Part shown: one piece after another, positions 24,298 through 32,000 of the stretch
Numbering within the stretch: the stretch's first letter is position 1
How the letters are laid out: every line of letters begins with the position of its first letter
Assembly: GCF_040207875.1 (NCBI RefSeq)
Contig: NZ_CP157942.1
Location: 575,001 to 607,000 of the forward strand
From: Wolbachia endosymbiont of Armadillidium arcangelii
Lineage (GTDB): Bacteria > Pseudomonadota > Alphaproteobacteria > Rickettsiales > Anaplasmataceae
DNA: 32,000 nucleotides
Reading direction: 5' to 3'
Made by a program: the position numbers and the translations under genes
The notes under the pieces: model-generated
The model's database searches: none
The model's input: only the letters and a program-made list of their open reading frames with translations
Told to the model about the DNA's origin: nothing

Positions 24298-27200
24298 ATG
24301 AATATTGTATTTTATTGTGAAGAGTTTAATGACTGTGATTTAGACAATGGTAAAACTCCTTTAAGGAAAAAGTTCAATGAAATAATTAAAGATTTAAAGG
24401 AAAACAACAGTACAAGCCAAGGAAATATAAAGTTAATAAAAGGTTGTGGGAATATTGAATATTTTCGAGCTAAATTAAGTGATAGTGACAGATTACTATT
24501 TACGAGGAGAAAGCATAATGACAAAGATGCTTTTGTTATTTTAGAAGTAATTCTGAATCATGATTATCATAAGTCTAAATTTTTAACAAATAGAGAAAAA
24601 ATAAGAAACATAAAAATAATAGATGAAAAAGTTCCTGATACAGTAGAGATTGAAGATGCTCCACAAATTCGTTGGTTAGGTAATTTTATTACTTTTAGTG
24701 CAAAGCAGGAAGATATAGTTGAAAGAGTTGAAAAGTTTGAATTACCTTTAGTTATTAGTGGACCTGCTGGCAGTGGAAAGACATCAGTGGCTTTGGAGAG
24801 CCTAAAAAGGATAAAAGAGAAGTTTGAGGGAGGAAAAATTCTATATATTACCAAATCCGAAAATCTTATAAAAGAATCAAAAAAAATATTTGAATGTGAA
24901 AATTACAATCAGACTACTGATGAACTAAGGACTCATACTCCAGAAGAAATTGATTTCTTATCTCTTCATGAATTTTTAAAAAAGATAATAAAAGTAGAAG
25001 GAAAGAAACCAATCAATAGAAGTAAGTTTTTTTCATGGTTCAAGGAAATATGCAAGAAAGATAAATTTAAAGGGTATAAAAAAGACGGAGATAAAATATT
25101 CGAAGAATTTACAGCTGTGATAGGTGGAGGAAGTTTATTAGGAGAAGATGGAAAAGATAGATATGCTAAATTAGGAAATAGACAATCTATATTTCCTATA
25201 GATAAAAGGAACAGTGTTTATGATTTTTTTGAAGAATATAGGAAATTTATAGAAGGAGATCAAAAGTATTATGATCCTAATCTTGTTGCTTATGAGTGCA
25301 TTGCAGAAGAAATGTATAATGCGATTGTTGTAGATGAAGTTCAAGATTTAACTGAAAGTACACTGAGTTTAATCTTGAAAAGTTTAAAAGATGAAAGAAA
25401 GGGTAATTTTTTATTATGTGGTGATGTTGATCAAGTAATACATCCTAGTTTTTTCTCTTTATCTAAGTTAAAATCTTTTCTCTATCAAAATAAATGTATA
25501 AGGGACCAAGGGTCAGAAGTTTTTTATACCCTTGAGAAAAATTATCGTAATAGCGAGCAAGCTATTGAACTTGCCAATCGTATACTACATCTTAAAAATT
25601 ATTGTTTTGCTTCGGAAGATAAAATGATAGTAGATAACGCTTTTTTCATGAAGAGTGATACTAAGAACAAAGGGAACGTTGGCTTTGTTACTGATGATAA
25701 AAAAGAAGAAATAGCAAAAAAAGTAAATGAATCTATGAATTGTGCTGTTTTAGCTCTGGATGATGAAAGTAAAGAAAGTGCACGTCAGTTATTTGATACT
25801 CCACTTGTGTTTAATATACATGAAGCCAAAGGCTTGGAGTTTGAAAATGTGATTCTTTACAAGTTTACATCGTGTAAAGCTTATAATGAAATATGGAATA
25901 TAGTATGTCCGGATAAAAGTGAGGGTGAAATAGATAATACTATTAATAGGATTCGTGATTCATATAACAAAAAGGATGTTAATACTTCAAGAAATAAGGA
26001 TAAGGAAGATAAGTCCTTGGAGAAATATAAATTTTATATGAACGCTCTGTATGTTGGAGTTACTCGTGCTGTTAGTAATATCTATATTGTAGATGATAAA
26101 AGTAATTTATTGAAAATAGTAGAACCAGGGGAAGAAGGTAATGTGAATATTAAGAAAGAAGAATCCAGTTCTGAAAAATGGAGAGATATGGCACTGGAGT
26201 TAATAGAGAAAGGAAACATAGAGCAAGCTAAAGATATAGCAGAAAAATTGTCACGTAAAGGGGAAAAAGAATATGCTAAAGAGGTTATGAATTCATTGAA
26301 AGCTAAAGGATGTCATAAACAGGATCAGAACTCAGATAAGAGCAAGCATACAAATTCAGTGTTAGAGAGTTCTAAATCTTCCTCACAAAGCTCAGAACAT
26401 GAAGGAAAAGAAGATGATATTAGCAAATCTCAGAATAAAAAGAGTAAACATAATCAAAACAAAAAGAAGAAAGCTAAGAAATGTAATAAAGTTCAAGAGG
26501 TGAAGCCACAGCTTTCTTTAAATGAGAAGGATAGTACTAATAAGAGTACAAACCCTCAGAATGAAGAGCATAAACAGGATCTAAATGACAAAAAGGAATC
26601 AAAAAGATTAGAGAAAAATAAAAAGGAATTATTTTTAGCTTTAAAAAATGGTAATTTGCAAAAGGCTAAACGGTTAATTAAGCAAGGAGTTAATGTTAAT
26701 GATAGTAATGAGGAAGGTAGTACTCCTTTACATTTGGCAGCAGAAAATGGTTACTTTGATATAGTTAAACTTTTTCTAGAGAATGGAGCTAAGGTTGATG
26801 ATAGGGATATTTTGAATCGTACTCCTTTACATTTGGCAGCAGAAAATGGTTACTTTGATATAGTTAAACTTTTTCTAGAGAATGGAGCTAAGGTTGATGA
26901 TAGGGATATTTTGAATTGTACTCCTTTACATTTGGCAGCAAAAAATGGTTACTTTGATATAGCTCAACTTCTTTTGCAGTATAAAGCTGAAGTTAATACC
27001 AAAGATACTTCAAGTCATACTCCTTTATATTTGGCAGCACAGAATGGTCACTATGAAGTAGTTAAACTTCTCCTAGATAATGGTGCGGATGTCAATGCTA
27101 AGAATAAGAAAGGTGTTACTTGTTTACATTTTGCAGCACAGAATGGTCACTATGAAATAGTTAAACTTCTTCTAGAGAATGGAGCTAAGGTTGATGATAG

Positions 27201-28239
27201 GGATATTTTGAATTGTACTCCTTTACGTATGGCAGCAAAAAATGGTTACTTTGATATAGTTAAACTTTTTCTAGAGAATGGAGCTAAGGTTGATGATAGG
27301 GATATTTTGAATTGTACTCCTTTACGTGTGGCAGCACAGAATGGTCACTATGAAGTAGTTAAACTTCTCCTAGATAATGGTGCGGATGTCAATGCTAAGA
27401 ATAAGAAAGGTGTTACTTGTTTACATTTTGCAGCACAGAATGGTCACTATGAAATAGTTAAACTTCTTCTAGAGAATGGAGCTAAGGTTGATGCTAGGGA
27501 TATTTTGAATTGTACTCCTTTACGTATGGCAGCAAAAAATGGTTACTTTGATATAGCTCAACTTCTTCTGGAGCATGGAGCTGATGTTAATGCTAGTAAT
27601 AAGGAAGGTAGTACTCCTTTACATTTGGCAGCAGAGAATGGTTATAAGAATGTAGTTGAAATTCTTCTGAGGAATAAAGCTAATATTGATGCTAGGAATA
27701 ATTTTAATTGTACTCCTTTGTTGAACGCACTAAAAGAAGGCCATTCCGAGATAGTTGACCTTCTGCTTGCTAACCCAAATATTAATGTTGGTTATTCAAA
27801 AGCTTCGTCTGCTAAAAAGAAAGAAGACAAAGAAAGATTTCTCCAAAAATTATCTCAAGATAATGAGTTGTTTAATCTGATAAAACAAGCAGCAGAAATA
27901 GATGAAAATAAGGTAGATGAATTACTCAAAAAGATAGAGAAATTACTGGAATCAAAAAACAAACATAGTTTCAAACCAAGCTTAAACTACTCTCCAGATG
28001 GTAATGATGAAAATACGACTATTAAAATTGCTATTAAAGCTAGTGGAAAGGTATTGCAGCTCTTATATGATTATGCGGAGAAGAATATAGGTACAGACAC
28101 TGAAATATTTAAAAAATTAAAACATGCTAAAGAAAACTCTCAGTCTAAGAGAGATCTTTGTAATGTTTCTGTCTCTAATCATTCTACTTTAACTCAAAGC
28201 CCCTCATTTGATGAGAGAGGATTTAGTGCCAAAGTATAA
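24298..28239 (+). CDS. 1313-aa multidomain protein: N-terminal YoeB/RelE-like toxin fold, UvrD-like SF1 helicase/ATPase, Lys/Ser-rich disordered linker with an NLS-like basic cluster, ~12 ankyrin repeats, and a helical C-terminal tail
   Basis: The N-terminus (aa 1-95) resembles YoeB: KKFNEIIKD..., YFRAKLSDSDRLLF, VILEVILNHDY. Helicase motifs: I GPAGSGKT (24760-24783), Ia ILYITKSENL, II VVDEVQDL (DEVQD at 25333-25347), III LLCGDVDQVI, IV LEKNYRNSEQAIELANRIL, V NIHEAKGLEFENVILY, VI ALYVGVTRAVSNIYIV. Basic cluster: KKSKHNQNKKKKAKK (26437-26481). ANK units of 33 aa, TPLHLAAxNG(Y/H)xxxVKLLLxNGAxV(D/N), run from about 26626 to 27780. Confidence 0.9.
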   Translation: MNIVFYCEEFNDCDLDNGKTPLRKKFNEIIKDLKENNSTSQGNIKLIKGCGNIEYFRAKLSDSDRLLFTRRKHNDKDAFVILEVILNHDYHKSKFLTNREKIRNIKIIDEKVPDTVEIEDAPQIRWLGNFITFSAKQEDIVERVEKFELPLVISGPAGSGKTSVALESLKRIKEKFEGGKILYITKSENLIKESKKIFECENYNQTTDELRTHTPEEIDFLSLHEFLKKIIKVEGKKPINRSKFFSWFKEICKKDKFKGYKKDGDKIFEEFTAVIGGGSLLGEDGKDRYAKLGNRQSIFPIDKRNSVYDFFEEYRKFIEGDQKYYDPNLVAYECIAEEMYNAIVVDEVQDLTESTLSLILKSLKDERKGNFLLCGDVDQVIHPSFFSLSKLKSFLYQNKCIRDQGSEVFYTLEKNYRNSEQAIELANRILHLKNYCFASEDKMIVDNAFFMKSDTKNKGNVGFVTDDKKEEIAKKVNESMNCAVLALDDESKESARQLFDTPLVFNIHEAKGLEFENVILYKFTSCKAYNEIWNIVCPDKSEGEIDNTINRIRDSYNKKDVNTSRNKDKEDKSLEKYKFYMNALYVGVTRAVSNIYIVDDKSNLLKIVEPGEEGNVNIKKEESSSEKWRDMALELIEKGNIEQAKDIAEKLSRKGEKEYAKEVMNSLKAKGCHKQDQNSDKSKHTNSVLESSKSSSQSSEHEGKEDDISKSQNKKSKHNQNKKKKAKKCNKVQEVKPQLSLNEKDSTNKSTNPQNEEHKQDLNDKKESKRLEKNKKELFLALKNGNLQKAKRLIKQGVNVNDSNEEGSTPLHLAAENGYFDIVKLFLENGAKVDDRDILNRTPLHLAAENGYFDIVKLFLENGAKVDDRDILNCTPLHLAAKNGYFDIAQLLLQYKAEVNTKDTSSHTPLYLAAQNGHYEVVKLLLDNGADVNAKNKKGVTCLHFAAQNGHYEIVKLLLENGAKVDDRDILNCTPLRMAAKNGYFDIVKLFLENGAKVDDRDILNCTPLRVAAQNGHYEVVKLLLDNGADVNAKNKKGVTCLHFAAQNGHYEIVKLLLENGAKVDARDILNCTPLRMAAKNGYFDIAQLLLEHGADVNASNKEGSTPLHLAAENGYKNVVEILLRNKANIDARNNFNCTPLLNALKEGHSEIVDLLLANPNINVGYSKASSAKKKEDKERFLQKLSQDNELFNLIKQAAEIDENKVDELLKKIEKLLESKNKHSFKPSLNYSPDGNDENTTIKIAIKASGKVLQLLYDYAEKNIGTDTEIFKKLKHAKENSQSKRDLCNVSVSNHSTLTQSPSFDERGFSAKV
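26722..26919 (+). repeat. Two tandem 99-bp ankyrin-repeat units, 98/99 identical
   Basis: 26722-26820 and 26821-26919 differ only at one base (cgt vs tgt, Arg/Cys). Confidence 0.95.
27034..27556 (+). repeat. 297-bp-period duplication (three ANK units) inside the ankyrin array
   Basis: 27034-27259 and 27331-27556 (226 bp each) differ at a single base (gat gat agg vs gat gct agg). Confidence 0.95.
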
Positions 28240-28501
28240 TAAAATATGAGAAAAAATGCCATCAAAGAAAAAGTCTGTGTGCCAGAACAATAGAGATAAT
28301 TCACAGTAGTATTAAGTTAATAAAACTATAGAGTTACTTTAAAAAAAATTGAAACTAGAGATTGGCAGGCTTTCAAAACAAAGCATTATCTTTAATCATC
28401 TTATTAAGTTATTGATTTTTCATATATAAAAAAATATTGCAAATATTATGTTTTATCTTCATTAAGTATCTCAAAAGGTTGATCCTCATTTAGGAGTACA
28501 A

Positions 28502-30128
28502 ATGATTTTCGGTAATAATAATTTATTAATTAATGCTTCAAGTATAGGTGACCTTAGTAAAGTTAAAGAACTTCTTGGAAATTGAGCTAATATTTATGCT
28601 AGAGACGAGAGAAGCAATACTGCTCTGCATGTGGCTGCTATGAATGGTCATTTAAATGTAGTAAAAGAGCTTTTAAGCAGAGGGGCTGTGATTTATACTG
28701 AAAATAAAGATTATTTCACACCTTTTGAATTAGCAAACAACGAAGGTAAGTTGGAAGTAGTAAATTTTCTTTTAAATCGCCAAGACAATTATGGCAAGCG
28801 TTACTGCATTATGCTATTAATAATAGAAACCAAAAATTGATAGATCTTTTATTAGGGAAAAGGGCTGATGTTAATGTTAAAGACAAAAAAGGGGATACTC
28901 CCCTGCATGTTGCTGTAATGACTAGTAATTTGTTTACTGATGAAATGTCTGATTTTTTGGATATGGTAAGAAAGCTTTTAGATAAAGGGGCTAAGATTTA
29001 TACTAGAAATAAAGGTAGTTTCACACCTTTAGGATTAGTAAAAAGAGGAAGTGACTTGGAGATGTTTTTTTTAATTACCAAGACAATTCTGGTAGTACGT
29101 TACTGCATCATGCTGCTTTTGATAATGACCCAAAATTGATAAAATTTTTATTAAATGAATTAAAGTTTAATATTAATATTATAAACGAAGAAGGCAATAC
29201 TCCTCTGCATGTTGCTGCGAGGTATGGTCGGTTAGATGCAGTAAAAGGGCTTTTAAGCAGAAGGGCTAATATTGATGCTAGAAACAATGTAAACAATACT
29301 CCTCTGCATATTGCTGCAAGGTATGGTCAGTTAGATGTAGTAAAAGAGCTTTTAGACAAAAAGGCTAAGATTTATACTGGAAACAAAGCAGGCAATGCTC
29401 CTCTGCATGTTGCTGCAAGGTATGGTCAGTTAGATGTAGTAAAAGAGCTTTTAGACAAAAAGGTTAAGATCAATACTGAAAACGGTATAGGCAGTACTCC
29501 TCTGCATGTTGCTGCAAGGTATGGTCAGTTAGATGTAGTAAAAGAGCTTTTAACCAGAAGGGCTAATATTGATGATGAAAACAAAAAAGGCAATACTCCT
29601 CTGTATGTAGCTGATATTAATGCTAAAAATAATAATAATTCTACTGCTCTGCATGTTGCTGCAAGATATGGTCATTTAAATATAGTAAGAGAGCTTCTAG
29701 ACAAAAAGGCTAAGATTTATGCTAAAAACACTGTAGGCAATACTCCTCTGCATGTTGCTGCAAGATATGGTCATTTGAATATAGTAAGAGAGTTTTTAAA
29801 AAGAGGGGCTAAGACTAATGCTGAAAACAAAAAAAGCGATACTCCTCTGCATGTCGCTGCAAGGCATGATTATTTAGATGTAATAAAAGAGCTTTTAAAC
29901 AAATGGGCTAAGATCAATGCTAAAAACAGTATAGGCGATACTCCTCTGCATGTTGCTGCAAGACATGGTCATTTAAATATAGTAAGAGAGCTTTTAAAAA
30001 GAGGGGCTAATATGTATGCTGAAAACAATGATGATCTTGTACCTTTTGAATTAGTAAACAACGCGGAGGTAGTAAATTTTTTTTTAGATCTCAAAAGCGA
30101 TCGTGTGCTGCAGCAACAAGCAGAATAA
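28502..30128 (+). pseudogene. Ankyrin-repeat gene (~540 codons if intact) disrupted by one nonsense codon and two frameshifts
   Basis: ATG at 28502 (MIFGNNNLLINASSIGDLSKVKELLGN). An in-frame TGA at 28583-28585 sits where the ANK consensus expects Gly (GGA). There is a frame change at about 28796-28800 (..NRQDNYGK / (T)LLHYAINNRNQKLIDLLL). A second frame change falls in the T8 run at 29065-29072 (..LEMFF / NYQDNSGSTLLHHAAFDNDPKLIKFLL). The last piece (29136-30128) holds about 8 units of TPLHVAARYG(Q/H)L(D/N)(V/I)V(K/R)ELL. Confidence 0.75.
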
Positions 30129-30550
30129 TGTTTGTGAGAAGCTTTATTGAAGATGAAGGAAGGTCCTTCGAAATCGGTTTTCAGGAGCAGGTTTCAAACC
30201 ACCTTAAGTGGCTCTATTTAAGAGATAGGGTCATAAGCGTTAAGGAAAAATCAGCGTAAGAGCTGGAAGGTGAGGATCAGAAAGGCGAACGTAAGTGAAC
30301 CACTGATGAACGTGTCGAAATGGGAAGTGAACATCGAAAGGGGGAGTGAGTCGTCACTGCCATTAAGTTAAGGGAAAGAGAAGTTAAGATTGGACAAAAA
30401 ATTTGAAGCGATTGATAATTATGGTAAATACTAGGGTGAATTTTTAAGAAAAGGGAGTCTGAAAAGTGCAAGTTATTTAAAAAAGTAATAATTGCAGGTT
30501 ATTTTGCAAAGAATGTACTAATGCAATGATACTGAAAAGATATCTTGAAT

Positions 30551-31402
30551 TTAAAACACATGTTTTCTAGCTCTTTTCTGGTAGTTGAGTGAACGAATAT
30601 CAGATATCTTATGACGATCAACTCTTCTCCCTTTTCTTACCACTAAAGTGTTCATCAAAAATAACTGTGATAGTCGATCCATAATGCAGTCTATGTCTGA
30701 CTCTGTAGAAAAAATATCAAAGGCTAAGTTTTTAATCGCATTAAATGAGACAGATTTATTGATGCTTTTTTTTAGTTTACTATTCTGTGCGCTCAATGTC
30801 TCTTCATCATCTTCTATCATGATACTTTCTAGATTACTGATGAAGATAGTTGACCAAAAATCCTGCTTGATAGTTTCAATACTTTTTCCTGTGAAATTCT
30901 CTAAATTTAATCTTCCCTTCAGCCTAAAAAAAAATGTTTCTACTCCCCAGCGCAAGTAATATAATCTCTCAAACTCTTCGACTGTAAAACTTTGCTCATC
31001 TAACAGAGATGTTACTAACACTTCAACTTCTCCAGAAGAAAGTATTATTTTGACTAACCTGAATTTCATCTCATCAGGTAATCCTAGCTTTCGTAGCTGT
31101 CTTGCTACTTTAATAGGTGCGGTAGACACTACCACCATACTAGATGGGCTTTCCGGCTTAAACATAGCGTTTATTTCATTGAAAGACGAACTTGGACAGC
31201 GAATTATATAATTGATTTTCCTTCCTGTAAGCTCAGCAAGAAATCGATAAGATACGTATCCTCTATCACAGATTAACAAATCGTCTGATTTTATGGATTC
31301 AAGCATACCGATCGCTAAATCAACCTCATAGCTGTCACCTCTACTTAGCTGTAATAGTTTAGATTTGATCTGACAGGTTAATAAAGTAAGATAAAAATAC
31401 AA
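30551..31402 (-). mobile_element. IS4-family (DDE_Tnp_1-type) transposase gene, N-terminally truncated
   Basis: 283 aa. LLICDRGYVSYRFL (first Asp) lies only about 45 aa from the ORF start, against about 100+ aa in intact IS4-type enzymes. YYLRWGVETFFFRLKGRLNLENFTG is the Y-x2-R-x3-E region. The ORF start abuts the next IS copy. Confidence 0.75.
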
Positions 31403-31426
31403 ACAAATTTTAAAGGAGTGTCAGAT

Positions 31427-32000
31427 ATGAGTACAACACAAGAAAAAATACTAAAACCAAAGTTAGGATTGCTAGAACTTGCAAAGCAATTAGGAAATGT
31501 ATCACAGGCGTATGGGATATTCAAGGGATACATTTTACCGCTTCAAAGAACTGTATGAAACAGGAGGAGAAGAGGCTTTACACGAGATAAGCAAAAGCAA
31601 GCCATTGTATGCAAATAGAGTGTCGGAGGATATAGAAAAAGCAGTAGTTGAAATAGCAATAGAGTTTCCAGTATACGGACAAGAAAGAGCAGCAAACGAA
31701 CTGAAAAAGAGAGATCTCTGCAAGTGGAATAAGATCAGTGTGGCAAAGAAACGATCTTGAAAACTTTAAAAAGAGGTTAAAGGCATTAGAAGCAAAAGTA
31801 GCTCAGGATGGTATCATTTTAACAGAAGAACAGATAACAGCTCTAGAAAAGGCTAAGGAAGAAAAAGAGGCCCATGGAGAAATTGAAACAGAGCATCCAG
31901 GATACTTAGGTAGCCAAGACAGTTATTATGTTGGTAATATCAAAGGTATTGGACGAATTTACCAGCAAACCTTTGTTGATACCTATTCCAGAGTTGCTTT
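31427..32000 (+). mobile_element. IS481-like (integrase-type DDE) transposase gene with at least 2 frameshifts. It continues beyond the window.
   Basis: [28 protein letters not shown] (frame 2) is followed by [28 protein letters not shown]...[10 protein letters not shown] (frame 0). Then comes [33 protein letters not shown]...HPGYLGSQDSYYVGNIKGIGRIYQQTFVDTYSRVA in a third frame. The family assignment comes from remembered motif similarity and was not searched. Confidence 0.7.

Noticed and set aside
26626-27780. A regularly spaced repeat array that could superficially resemble a CRISPR array
   Set aside because: The period is 99 bp with no unique spacers. It lies in one long ORF and translates into canonical 33-aa ankyrin repeats.
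28583-28585. In-frame TGA in the ankyrin gene read as Trp (genetic code 4) or selenocysteine
   Set aside because: TGA clearly terminates other genes here (for example rpoBC at 6712-6714) and Trp is encoded by TGG throughout. The ANK consensus at this position expects Gly (GGA), so a point nonsense mutation is the simplest reading.

Overview
This is an AT-rich, compact bacterial chromosome segment. It fits a Rickettsiales endosymbiont, and is most like Wolbachia: rpoB and rpoC are fused in frame, there are many ankyrin-repeat genes, insertion sequence (IS) and intron debris is present, TGA is used as a stop codon and Trp is encoded by TGG. Housekeeping genes are rpoBC, a Dus-family tRNA-dihydrouridine synthase, serS, purD, icd, nth, ogt, ubiB and znuC/znuA. 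They are interrupted by accessory material. (i) A membrane-anchored Ulp1/C48-like cysteine protease lies at 7.7-9.0 kb. (ii) A stand-alone J-domain protein and a polytopic membrane protein lie at 13.9-15.2 kb. (iii) A decayed islet at 16.9-20.0 kb holds a putative truncated group II intron, a degraded IS with terminal inverted repeats, and a frameshifted ANK-like/coiled-coil/TM gene. (iv) A larger island from 23.3 kb to the window end holds a 1-kb ORF-free leader with a MITE-like element, a 1313-aa ORF, a broken ankyrin gene, and two damaged IS copies. The 1313-aa ORF fuses a YoeB/RelE-like fold, a UvrD-like SF1 helicase, a lysine-rich NLS-like linker and about 12 ankyrin repeats. It is my best candidate for something new, but it is a single gene and I see no evidence of a multi-gene operon. 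I found no rRNA, tRNA or CRISPR array. All calls come from reading the translations and the DNA by eye, and no database search was possible.
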